A stretch of 64,000 nucleotides of DNA, from positions 13,568 to 77,567 of IMG/VR virus record IMGVR_UViG_3300031885_000005, one strand, 5' to 3'. This stretch comes from a virus. A program made the position numbers and the translations under genes. Below are positions 1 through 9,006 of this stretch, piece after piece. A model generated the notes under the pieces. That model ran no database searches. It saw nothing but the letters and a program-made list of their open reading frames with translations, and was not told the origin of the DNA. The first letter of the stretch is position 1; each line of letters begins with the position of its first letter.

Positions 1-276
1 TTTAATATAGAGTTTAGAATTTTTGCTACAGGTAATGGACAACGACTCGACCTACGTGATTGGTTACGAGATAAAGTAATGGAAGGAATTCCTTATTATG
101 AATTTGTTATAGATAATGATAATAATACAATACAAAGCAACTCTCCTCTTGCAGGAAGAATAAGTATAATTGAAATTATTCAAAATAGACGAGAATTAAG
201 AAATACTGACAACACCGACCAGAGGGATAGGTCGAGGCATTTACTTTCCTTCTCGACAAGAATAGTATTAATTTAA
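1..276 (+). CDS. Partial (5'-truncated) tail completion/terminator-like protein
   Basis: Frame is open from base 1 (FNIEFRIFATGNGQRLDLRDWL...) to TAA at 276; position upstream of the tail tube gene. Confidence 0.45.
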   Translation, partial: FNIEFRIFATGNGQRLDLRDWLRDKVMEGIPYYEFVIDNDNNTIQSNSPLAGRISIIEIIQNRRELRNTDNTDQRDRSRHLLSFSTRIVLI

Positions 277-286
277 GGAGATAATT

Positions 287-505
287 ATGAATTGGTTTTC
301 ATTAATAGGAGTTACTTTTTCGGTTTCTTCTGCTATTGTTAATGTAATTGTTTTATTAGCAGTTAAATTTAACGACCTCAAGCATGTTCAGAAGGATTTA
401 GAAGAAATAAAAAAATCAATAGACTGTATTGATAAAAAACTATATAAAAATGCAGAAAAGATTGGCGAAATTGAAGGTAGATGTTCTGCCAATCATCCGA
501 AATAA
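287..505 (+). CDS. Small membrane protein (N-terminal TM plus coiled coil), holin/XhlA-like
   Basis: AAGGAG RBS; hydrophobic residues 3-26 followed by heptad-like segment. Confidence 0.45.
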   Translation: MNWFSLIGVTFSVSSAIVNVIVLLAVKFNDLKHVQKDLEEIKKSIDCIDKKLYKNAEKIGEIEGRCSANHPK

Positions 506-562
506 AAAAGATAATAGTATGGTTGCTTGATAGATATACAAGCGAATTCAAATTAGTATGGT

Positions 563-645
563 ATTACGATTCATTGATTAATTTTTTCTATGAAGAGAAA
601 AATTTACCAATAATCAATGGCTAATGAAGAGCAAAAAATCGTAAT
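563..645 (+). promoter_or_regulatory. Structured 5' leader of the tail tube gene (multi-stem RNA)
   Basis: Perfect 9-bp pairings 563-571/637-645 and 572-580/611-619; two hairpins with (A)AUGAAG loops. Confidence 0.55.
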
Positions 646-672
646 TAATTTTTAAACAAAGGAGATATAAAG

Positions 673-1899
673 ATGATAAAAGGAAATGCTACAGAACCAA
701 GGGCATACCCTTGGAATTCAGCAAGACAACCTGAACAGATTAACCGCCTAAATGAATTAACGGGCAATGTTACTCTTAATCAGGAAAAGATGTATGAAGT
801 TGGAAGAGCACTTAAACTTGGTGTTCGTAAACTTACTCCAGCAACTCCAATTACACTTAATCAAAATGAAAATCTTACTATGGATTTTTGGAGAGTACTG
901 GCAAATAAAGTTGACCCAGGTACAGGCGGTGAAGTAAAAATTGATTTAGATGACATTAAGGGAGAAAGAATAGACATTAGTGCATCCCTTACTGATGAAG
1001 ACGAATCATTTAAAGGTACTGTTTATTTTTCCAATATGAGGGTAAATAATTTTGCTATTAATATCGGAAATCCAGATGCTAAAATAGAAAGAACTTTTGA
1101 TTTAGTTGGAGAATATTGCAGAGTCATAGTTGATAATTATTTGGCTTATGCGGAAAAAGTGGCTGTAGGCGCAAGTGAAGACATTACTTTTGGTGGAACA
1201 GGTGAACCTCCAGTTCCATTAGAAGATATTATTTTTAGAGTATTAAGAGTTAGTGACGATGCAGTTTCTGAAGTGGAATCTAATTCTTATTCTTATGTCG
1301 GGGAAACAGGTGGAATAGGAACTCTTACAGTAACAGGATGTGAAGTAGATGATTTAATTAAAGTTTATTATCCTGCTGCGGATGCTTATACAGACCTTTG
1401 GGAAGATAATGTTATAGACCCCTTGGCGTGTTATGCTGACCAATGTGAAATTTATTTAAGGATAGGAGAAGGTACTGCTCAAAAATTATACAGAATTCAG
1501 AGTGCAAATATTGCAGGAGCTTTTGATAGAAAAGATTATAAAGAAATAGGAAATAGAGATGTGGTTCAAACAGGAGTTAGTGCAAAAACAGTTACAGTAA
1601 CATTAGGAAGAATTCTTGAAGATTTTACATTAGAACAAATCTTGGCTGATTTAGCAGACCCAAGCGATTCTAAAATAATAGATGTTGAAAAGTTATCTGC
1701 AAGTATTGGATTAGTTGTGAAAATGTATACAGACAATTTGAAAACGGATTTTGCAATGGGAATTAGAATTGACAATTTATCACCCACTACATTAAAACCA
1801 TTATCGGCGAAGCCCGAAGCCATGAACGAAGCAGAGAACGCTTTAGAGTCGGATAATTTTCTTGTAACTACATCAATTGATGATTTAGAATTAGTATAA
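673..1899 (+). CDS. Major tail tube protein with inserted Ig-like domain
   Basis: 408 aa, acidic, beta-rich; strong AAAGGAG RBS; position before chaperones and tape measure; related EVGR/EIGNR halves. Confidence 0.6.
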   Translation: MIKGNATEPRAYPWNSARQPEQINRLNELTGNVTLNQEKMYEVGRALKLGVRKLTPATPITLNQNENLTMDFWRVLANKVDPGTGGEVKIDLDDIKGERIDISASLTDEDESFKGTVYFSNMRVNNFAINIGNPDAKIERTFDLVGEYCRVIVDNYLAYAEKVAVGASEDITFGGTGEPPVPLEDIIFRVLRVSDDAVSEVESNSYSYVGETGGIGTLTVTGCEVDDLIKVYYPAADAYTDLWEDNVIDPLACYADQCEIYLRIGEGTAQKLYRIQSANIAGAFDRKDYKEIGNRDVVQTGVSAKTVTVTLGRILEDFTLEQILADLADPSDSKIIDVEKLSASIGLVVKMYTDNLKTDFAMGIRIDNLSPTTLKPLSAKPEAMNEAENALESDNFLVTTSIDDLELV

Positions 1900-1906
1900 T
1901 AAAATA

Positions 1907-1933
1907 GAGAGGGATAGAGAAATCTTCCCTCTC
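1907..1933 (+). terminator. Stem-loop after tail tube gene
   Basis: GAGAGGGA (1907-1914) pairs with TCCCTCTC (1926-1933); weak U-tract. Confidence 0.5.
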
Positions 1934-1945
1934 CCAAAGTATTTT

Positions 1946-2040
1946 GTACGGTAAGGCATAATTAAAATTTCTCGAAATATTAAACACGCAGGGGAAGTGC
2001 CTTCTACCGTATATGGAAGAAGTAACACTTCCCTTTTTGC
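1946..2040 (+). promoter_or_regulatory. Putative terminator/antiterminator (attenuator) element
   Basis: 1992-1999/2026-2033 stem followed by TTTTT; competing stem 1946-1958/1998-2012. Confidence 0.45.
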
Positions 2041-2054
2041 TAATGAGGAATAAA

Positions 2055-2315
2055 ATGTCTGACGAAAAATTAAATAATTTATTTGACCACATTATAAATA
2101 ATGAAGCCAGGAAGACCGTAGGTATGACTCTGAAAAGAATAGAAATTTTTGTTGACCAAGCGCAAAAAGAAGGAAGGGATTATTTAACATTTAAGGAATT
2201 GGAATTGGTCAAATCCAGCATAAAAGAGGTAATATACGAGCAGTTTAGGAATGTGATAGATTTTATTAAAACAGGAAAATATTGTATGGAATTCAATCAA
2301 AAAAAGGAGAATTAA
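2055..2315 (+). CDS. Hypothetical protein in tail module
   Basis: GAGGA RBS at 2045-2049 favours ATG 2055 over the ORF-track start at 2013. Confidence 0.6.
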   Translation: MSDEKLNNLFDHIINNEARKTVGMTLKRIEIFVDQAQKEGRDYLTFKELELVKSSIKEVIYEQFRNVIDFIKTGKYCMEFNQKKEN

Positions 2316-2963
2316 ATGGAAGAAAGTAAGGAATTAATTAGAGTTGAAGAAGCACAGAAAATTGCTGAAGATTTAAAAGAAAAGTATGAGATAGAGAAAC
2401 TCGCAGAAATGATAAAGAATAATTATATCTTATTTACTTATAAAGATAAAGAATATAAAATTGGATTGCTCGACCAAAAAAGAAAAGACGAATTGGATTT
2501 GTTTCGTAGGCGTAAGTTTGGCGAATTATTGCAAGACAAGAACATTCTCTTTGAAAATGAAATGATTAAATTATACAAAGAAAAAGGAATTGATATAGAG
2601 GTAGAGATAAAAGAAAAAATCAAGAAAATAAACATAGAATTGAATGAGAATAATTTTAAGTTAGGAGAGGCTTTAGAGAAAAAAGACCCAGAATCTATTC
2701 TAAAAACTTATAGAGACGAAATAAAACGAATCCAGAATGAAATTGACGGATTGGTTATTCAAAAATCCAATTTGCTTGAGAATTCATTCGAAAAGACATT
2801 GGAAGGGCAAACGATAAAATATCTCTCTTATCTATCTTTAGAAGTAAAAGTAGAAGATAAATTTGTGAAAGCCTTTGACAGTATAGATGAATTTTTGAAA
2901 ACAGAAGATGAGTTAATCGGGAAGACAATAACATACGCGATAACTATAAATTACAGAATATAA
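2316..2963 (+). CDS. Putative tail assembly chaperone
   Basis: Helical, charged 215 aa between tail tube and tape measure; AAGGAG RBS. Confidence 0.5.
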   Translation: MEESKELIRVEEAQKIAEDLKEKYEIEKLAEMIKNNYILFTYKDKEYKIGLLDQKRKDELDLFRRRKFGELLQDKNILFENEMIKLYKEKGIDIEVEIKEKIKKINIELNENNFKLGEALEKKDPESILKTYRDEIKRIQNEIDGLVIQKSNLLENSFEKTLEGQTIKYLSYLSLEVKVEDKFVKAFDSIDEFLKTEDELIGKTITYAITINYRI

Positions 2964-2964
2964 A

Positions 2965-3294
2965 ATGTTAGAGAACACAATTAGAAAGTTAGCGAAGCAA
3001 ATAGACCAACAAAATATTTTTGCTGCGAGTAAGGAACTACCTTCATTAAAAATATTCGAGAACGATAATAATTTAAATAAATTGCAACATATTTATTTGT
3101 CCTATCTATTCTTTTACTATAACTTGAATATGGATGTTTCTTTAAAAAAAGTTTCAGATACCATCTTCAATAATGAAATAGATGAGGATGCTTATTATTA
3201 TTATAAACAGAATAAATCTACAGAATCTATAGATAAGGATGATAAGAACAAAGATATTCACCTGGTTTTTCCTAAATCTAAAAGAGGTAAATAA
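2965..3294 (+). CDS. Putative second tail assembly chaperone
   Basis: Immediately upstream of the tape measure gene. Confidence 0.45.
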   Translation: MLENTIRKLAKQIDQQNIFAASKELPSLKIFENDNNLNKLQHIYLSYLFFYYNLNMDVSLKKVSDTIFNNEIDEDAYYYYKQNKSTESIDKDDKNKDIHLVFPKSKRGK

Positions 3295-3296
3295 AA

Positions 3297-5699
3297 ATGG
3301 AAGGAAAGTACACGCACTTAATCGACATAGTATCTCAATATACCGAAAGAGGGAATGTTTCTGGAAAAGTAGAACAGATTACTAAAGCCCTCGAAGGTAC
3401 AGAAAAAATAACTCCCAAACTATCTACTCAGATGGAATCTGTTGCTACCGCTATGCAGGGAATAATTCCTCCTGAGATGCAAGGGAAATTAGAAGGAGTT
3501 TTTAAAACTTTTGAAGAAGGAAGTAAAGTAACTCAATTAAGTACAAGACAAGTTGATTTATTAAAGGATTCATTATTTAAAGCAGGGGCATCTAAAGACC
3601 AAGTTGGTGCAATTACTAAAAATTTACAAGAAATGGGAGTGGTAACTAAATCATCTTCTGGTGCAATGGGGGATTTTGAAAGAGCAATGCGCAGAGCATT
3701 AATTGTTGCTCCTATATGGATGTTGACAAGAGAAATAATTAAACAGGTTACTAATTTTGTTAAAGAAGGTATACAATATTATTTAGAAACAGAAAAAGCA
3801 ATTTTAAATGTTCGTTCTGCTATAGAAGAAATGGGGCAATCGGGAGGTTCTACTATATCCGAATTAACTGACCGATTTCGTTCTTTATCCGCAGAAACTG
3901 GAAAAACAACAGCAAGTATAGCAAATGTTTATGCTTCAATTAATCGAATTCTTGGTAATACAGAACAATCTTATTTAGCAACAAATGCAGCAGTAAAATT
4001 ATCAGAAGCCACAGGAGTAGATGCAGCCAAAATAGCAGAAACATTAGCTTTTATGTATAAATTACAGGGAGATTCTTTAAAAGGAGTTACTACAGATACA
4101 CAAAAATTTCAAGAAATATCTGCATTATTATATGCAACTCAGGCAAAGACTCCAGGGGGATTAGAAAAATTAATAACAGACATCAGGAATTTTGCTGCTA
4201 CAATGAATCTTGCCGATTTTGGAATTGAAAATACAGTAAAATTATTTGGTGCATTAGAATCGGCTGGAGTATCTTCGAGCCAAGTTTTAAGAACAGGAGT
4301 AATGAAAGTTTTAACTAATATGAATGAAGTATCAAAAATGTTAGGAATAACTCTTTCTGACAATATTACTCCCTTTGAGGCATTTATTTTAGTATTAGAG
4401 AAATTAGGAGCAAATCTAAAACCAGATAAATTAAATGTTAATACATTTGCAGTTATTAAAGATATTTTTGGACAAGGTGCGAGAGGTGCAGGTCAAGTTG
4501 CAGCGTTGGCGAAAGACATCGGTGCATTAAAAAGTGCTTTAGCAGGTGGCGGAGTTTCAGAAAGAGACCGTTATTTATATCAAAAACAATTAGATGATGT
4601 AAATGATTCTGCTCAACATCAAATAGAAATTTTTGGTAATTTAAAGAAACAAGCAGGAGAGGCATTTATTACAGGTATTATGGGCGGAGAAGACTTTGCA
4701 ACAGCAATAAAAAATGCAAATAATCTTATGAATGAATCTATAAGAGTTGCACAAAATTTAGGAATAGAATTTAATGTAGTGGCAAAGGCAATAAATATTA
4801 TTTTATCATTAGGAACTTCTTCATTTACAGATGCAGCAAAAAAACGAGTCCAAGCAGCAAAAGACGAATACGATTTACAAACCAGAATACAAATGGCATT
4901 AAAAGGACAACTCACACTCCAAGAAGTAAATGCTTTGGCAGGAGAGGTTTCTGTATCTAATTTAATAAAAGAAGAAGGATTAAGACAAAGAGTATTGGAT
5001 GCTTTGCAGCAACAATCAATCGCTGAAGCAAAAACAGGAATTGAATCGGCAAAAAATAAAGAAATAGAAGAAGGCAGATTAGCTTTAGCAAAAGAAATAC
5101 AAAAAGAAATAGAAAAACAAATTGGCTATGCTTCTTCTATTCTAAGTATTGCAGGAGAACAAGAATCTTCTATAATTAGGCAAGAAATGGCATTTAGAGC
5201 AATGACCGAAGGAGAATCTTATTTAAAAGATACAATGAAAGATAGACTTAGATTGGCACAAGCATTGACTAAAGAAGCAGATGAACAAGAGAAAAGTTCT
5301 TCTCGATTAGTAGAATTATATAAAATAGCTAAAAAATATGGAAAGGATACTGCTCAAGAAGTTTCTGATTATCTTGCTGGAATTAAAAAATTTGGAGAAT
5401 TAAGTCCCAGAGCAACAACTGCATTGAGAAGAGTAACTCCTGCTGAATTCGAAAGAGGAACTGCGGAAGAATATTTTAGGGGTAAAGGATTTCAATTTCC
5501 TGAACAAATCGAAAGAGAAAGAATTCGCCAAAGAAATATTCAAATTCTTCAAAACGTTATGGTAGAACCAATTCAATTAAATGTAAATCTTGAATCTGAA
5601 AATTTAATACAAAGAATAAAAGATGAAATAAATAAAGAAGTAGACAAAATAGGTTCTAAATTGAATACTTCAGTACAACAACAAATAAAAGGTTATTAA
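3297..5699 (+). CDS. Tail tape measure protein
   Basis: 800 aa, Ala/Gly/Leu-rich helical; tape-measure-like core (ATNAAVKLSEATG, LFGALESAG); synteny. Confidence 0.85.
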   Translation: MEGKYTHLIDIVSQYTERGNVSGKVEQITKALEGTEKITPKLSTQMESVATAMQGIIPPEMQGKLEGVFKTFEEGSKVTQLSTRQVDLLKDSLFKAGASKDQVGAITKNLQEMGVVTKSSSGAMGDFERAMRRALIVAPIWMLTREIIKQVTNFVKEGIQYYLETEKAILNVRSAIEEMGQSGGSTISELTDRFRSLSAETGKTTASIANVYASINRILGNTEQSYLATNAAVKLSEATGVDAAKIAETLAFMYKLQGDSLKGVTTDTQKFQEISALLYATQAKTPGGLEKLITDIRNFAATMNLADFGIENTVKLFGALESAGVSSSQVLRTGVMKVLTNMNEVSKMLGITLSDNITPFEAFILVLEKLGANLKPDKLNVNTFAVIKDIFGQGARGAGQVAALAKDIGALKSALAGGGVSERDRYLYQKQLDDVNDSAQHQIEIFGNLKKQAGEAFITGIMGGEDFATAIKNANNLMNESIRVAQNLGIEFNVVAKAINIILSLGTSSFTDAAKKRVQAAKDEYDLQTRIQMALKGQLTLQEVNALAGEVSVSNLIKEEGLRQRVLDALQQQSIAEAKTGIESAKNKEIEEGRLALAKEIQKEIEKQIGYASSILSIAGEQESSIIRQEMAFRAMTEGESYLKDTMKDRLRLAQALTKEADEQEKSSSRLVELYKIAKKYGKDTAQEVSDYLAGIKKFGELSPRATTALRRVTPAEFERGTAEEYFRGKGFQFPEQIERERIRQRNIQILQNVMVEPIQLNVNLESENLIQRIKDEINKEVDKIGSKLNTSVQQQIKGY

Positions 5700-5709
5700 G
5701 GAGCAAATT

Positions 5710-6615
5710 ATGTCCACAGTAACTTTTAAACTATACGATAATTATATACCATCAGAAGAAGAATTAAATGTAAATCAATATGCACGTAATGAAAATTTTG
5801 AAATGGGTGATATTAATGGTTCTTCGGATAGAATATCTCAAACATTTATTCCCAGTAAAAATGGAGTATTAAGTAAAATAGTAATAAATACACAACCTCA
5901 TGATACTCCTGTGCCTGGAAGTATATTAACAATTGAAATTAGAACAACTTCAGATGGACTTCCTACAAGTACGGTATTGGCAACAGAAAATAGAGTTATC
6001 ACCGAATTAAATGAAGGAGAAAATGAAATAATATTTTCTGCCCCAACATCAGTAGTTTTAGGAACTAAATATGCAATAGTAAGTTATAAAAATTCAGAAA
6101 ATAGATTTATATTTAAATATTATGTTGATAATATAGACAGTTATTTAGATGGAATGGCTATATATTCTACAAATTCTGGGGCAAGTTGGTCTTCTGTAGA
6201 AGATGAAGAAACATTATATGGAGATTTATGTTTTAAAGTTTATTTAGAATCAGAACAACCAGAATTTACTTTCCCTGTAGTATTTTCAGCTAATTATCCT
6301 CATACGGGCAAGAAAATAATAGAACATGAAAATGTTCGTGGTAAGGGGTCAATTACCGTTGATGCTGGTCAGGAAAGTTGGGATTTAGTTTTAAAAGGAG
6401 TTTTAAAAGCAGATGATTATGATTCATTAATGGAATTAGTTGATGATATGGAAGAAAATGTGCAAATTAATGTTCCTTATACTTTAGTAATATCCAATGG
6501 TGTTACTACTTATGAATATCGTGTAAAAAGAATTACACCAATTGAATACCAGGAAGACAATCTCAAGACAGACTTTTTAGAATACATTGTAACTTTAAAG
6601 TGTTTATCATGGTAG
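5710..6615 (+). CDS. Distal-tail (Dit)-like protein with inserted beta-sandwich domain
   Basis: Follows tape measure; C-terminal Dit-like part; internal SQTFIP...GTKYAIV...DLCFKVY domain typical of virion adhesin modules. Confidence 0.5.
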   Translation: MSTVTFKLYDNYIPSEEELNVNQYARNENFEMGDINGSSDRISQTFIPSKNGVLSKIVINTQPHDTPVPGSILTIEIRTTSDGLPTSTVLATENRVITELNEGENEIIFSAPTSVVLGTKYAIVSYKNSENRFIFKYYVDNIDSYLDGMAIYSTNSGASWSSVEDEETLYGDLCFKVYLESEQPEFTFPVVFSANYPHTGKKIIEHENVRGKGSITVDAGQESWDLVLKGVLKADDYDSLMELVDDMEENVQINVPYTLVISNGVTTYEYRVKRITPIEYQEDNLKTDFLEYIVTLKCLSW

Positions 6616-6664
6616 TTAATAAAAAAGTTTTATATAATGAAGAATAAATAAGGAGGAATAAAAT

Positions 6665-7282
6665 ATGGCATTTAAATTATATATTAATGTAGGTACTGAA
6701 GACTTAGAATTTGGGAAAACTGGTGCAGAATATGTGGAAATGAATCTGACCGCAGATAGATTAATCTTTTCTGCTGGTTCAGATGTAGTAAAAGATACAT
6801 TCCCAATTCCAAGTCCTCAACAATTAAATTCTGCTGGTATTTTAATTGGAACTGAGGATGTGGAAGTACCTCATTTATTTTTGGCAGATGCAAGTGAAGG
6901 CGGTAGTTTAAAAGAAATACATCTTGCGGGAAATAAAAACAATCGATTTGTATTTTGTGTTGCTTTTGATGCAGGAACTAATTCCGAACCTATTTTAGAA
7001 TTATGGGATAATTTAGATTTAAATTCTATAAACCTTTATTCTTTAGGTTCAGGAGTTGCTAACAATAGTTTTTTTAGAGGAAAAAGAACTACGGATGGAT
7101 TTCCAGGAACAATGACTGATAGATTAGCAGGAAGTTCAGAAACTCATTTTTTATGGTTGAAGGATGGAACTGGATTAGGACTTGAAGGAGCCGAAAACCT
7201 TTATTTTAATTTAAGAATTACCGTTCCTCCAACTGCTACTGCAGCAGGAGAAATACCAATTATTGCAATAAAGTATACCTAA
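6665..7282 (+). CDS. Virion structural protein (tail-associated)
   Basis: AGGAGG RBS; beta-rich; tail module. Confidence 0.5.
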   Translation: MAFKLYINVGTEDLEFGKTGAEYVEMNLTADRLIFSAGSDVVKDTFPIPSPQQLNSAGILIGTEDVEVPHLFLADASEGGSLKEIHLAGNKNNRFVFCVAFDAGTNSEPILELWDNLDLNSINLYSLGSGVANNSFFRGKRTTDGFPGTMTDRLAGSSETHFLWLKDGTGLGLEGAENLYFNLRITVPPTATAAGEIPIIAIKYT

Positions 7283-7297
7283 GATAAGGAATAAAAT

Positions 7298-7870
7298 ATG
7301 AAGAATAAATTTACTTTTTTAGGTGAGAACAGGATTAGTGCTACTTTAGTATCTGGGGAATATATTTGGTTAGCTTTCTTGGGAGAAGATAATATATGTT
7401 CATTACAAAAAAATTCCGTCCATAATCCTAATATGATTTATTGGGATGTTTCTGTTGTCGGCGATGAAATTATTTCAATGATTGAAGATACCACTTATTT
7501 ATATGGCGCATTAGATGATTTGGTTAATATTGGGGCAAAAATAACTAAAGATAATCCAACTACAATATCTTATTTTATTAAAGATTCGGGATTAACTGAA
7601 AAAGCAATAGACCTAATTAAGGATACTACTTATATTTATTTCTTATTGCCAGGAATAGAATCTGGAATCAATACAAAAATAGGGAAATATAATAAAACAA
7701 CAAGAGCATACGTAGAAACAATAGATTTAACTACTATTTTTAATGCAAAAAAGATAGATATAGATGCCAATGGAGTGATTTGGATTGTTACAAATAATGA
7801 CCCCTCAGAATTAGTAAAAGTCTGGTATTCGTCTGGAACGTGGCATTATACCATATATACATTATCTTAA
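7298..7870 (+). CDS. Beta-propeller-like tail protein
   Basis: Repeated DTTYLY/DTTYIY blades; IVTNNDPSELVKV resembles IVTDTNPAQIIKI in 9007..12408. Confidence 0.5.
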   Translation: MKNKFTFLGENRISATLVSGEYIWLAFLGEDNICSLQKNSVHNPNMIYWDVSVVGDEIISMIEDTTYLYGALDDLVNIGAKITKDNPTTISYFIKDSGLTEKAIDLIKDTTYIYFLLPGIESGINTKIGKYNKTTRAYVETIDLTTIFNAKKIDIDANGVIWIVTNNDPSELVKVWYSSGTWHYTIYTLS

Positions 7871-7881
7871 TGGAGCAAACC

Positions 7882-8019
7882 ATGATTACGAAAAATGATT
7901 TTATTGAGAGAATTTTATTTATGATAAGAAAAATTTTAATGGAATCATTGCCAAAAGAAGATACTTTAGATGGTTTTATGGAAAAGGCAGAAAAATTAAT
8001 AGGAAAAATTTTCAAATAA
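7882..8019 (+). CDS. Small hypothetical protein (45 aa, not in ORF track)
   Basis: GGAG RBS then MITKNDFIERILFMIRKILMESL...; fills the gap between neighbouring genes. Confidence 0.5.
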   Translation: MITKNDFIERILFMIRKILMESLPKEDTLDGFMEKAEKLIGKIFK

Positions 8020-8031
8020 GGAGGAAAATCA

Positions 8032-8529
8032 ATGGGAGCTGTACATCATTTCTCAGAAAGTAATCTTGTTGGTCAAGTAGAGACTTTGGATATTGCTAAT
8101 TTAAACTTCGGTAGTGTTGATGATTCAGAAATAGTTCCTGCGGATAATCCAGTTACTATTGGAGAAAATTCTTTTATAAAGTATCTTCGATGTAAATTTA
8201 CTGGTACTTGGACTGAAATTTCGAATATGCTTCTATGGAAATCTTCTGGTGATTATAAAACAGAAGAAACAATTAAAGCAGAAGCTAATGTTGCTTATGC
8301 AACTCCTACCCAAGATACTATGGCAGGAACGGGAGTAGATGACATTCCTATTTCTGAAGGAACTGCATTAACAATTTTGTCAGCAGAGGGGGCAGCAACT
8401 ATAGTTTATGGGGCTACGGGAGTTTCGGGTTATACAAAATATATAAAGTTACAAGACCAAAGTACAGAAAATACAGAAGTCGGTGCAGGTAACCAGAAAG
8501 TTTTTACTTTCAGTTACGACGAAAGTTAA
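8032..8529 (+). CDS. Virion structural protein
   Basis: AAGGAGG RBS; NLNFGS...GENSFIKYLR...FSYDES pattern of phage structural proteins. Confidence 0.55.
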   Translation: MGAVHHFSESNLVGQVETLDIANLNFGSVDDSEIVPADNPVTIGENSFIKYLRCKFTGTWTEISNMLLWKSSGDYKTEETIKAEANVAYATPTQDTMAGTGVDDIPISEGTALTILSAEGAATIVYGATGVSGYTKYIKLQDQSTENTEVGAGNQKVFTFSYDES

Positions 8530-8555
8530 GTAATATCAATAGGTTAGGAGAAAAA

Positions 8556-9005
8556 ATGTCAAATACAATTGACTTAAATTTGGAAAGTGGAAACAATAAC
8601 ATGGATTCACTTTCTTTTTATTGGATGGCGGAATTCGATAATGGAGTTATTTTTCAGTTTGAAAATGGGAAAGAACACAGATTTCAAGAAGTTTTAGATA
8701 GAATAAATGAATTAGAATTTTTTCATTTATATCATAGAGAAAAGGACATAAGATTTATAGTTGATTTACAAAAAGGTCTTATAAAATTTAATGACTGCGG
8801 AGAACCAAATATAGTAGAGAAGAAAGAAAACATTCGACTTATTTATTTTAGAAGACGTAAAATAGAGATAGGAACTCAGGATTTAAAAGAAAAAAGCCAC
8901 ACAATTCAATACCATCTTGGGTTCCAGTACATTAAAGACGGAAAAAATCAGAAAATAATACTTATCATAGATGAAGTAGGAAATTTTATAGTAATAGGAG
9001 AATAA
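8556..9005 (+). CDS. Conserved phage hypothetical protein
   Basis: AGGAG RBS; RLIYFRR and YHLGFQ motifs. Confidence 0.55.
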   Translation: MSNTIDLNLESGNNNMDSLSFYWMAEFDNGVIFQFENGKEHRFQEVLDRINELEFFHLYHREKDIRFIVDLQKGLIKFNDCGEPNIVEKKENIRLIYFRRRKIEIGTQDLKEKSHTIQYHLGFQYIKDGKNQKIILIIDEVGNFIVIGE

Positions 9006-9006
9006 T

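Noticed and set aside
563-645. Hammerhead ribozyme in the tail-tube leader
   Set aside because: Loops read CUAUGAAG/CUAAUGAAG, not the CUGANGA...GAAA core in the required junction geometry
2940-2970. Programmed G/GT frameshift between tail chaperones
   Set aside because: No clear slippery heptamer before the stop; the second ORF has its own ATG 1 nt downstream
1566-4915. Minus-strand ORFs in the track (1566..1937, 1868..2092, 2438..2635, 4139..4363, 4456..4665, 4619..4915)
   Set aside because: Antisense shadows of well-supported + strand tail genes; no RBS or motifs
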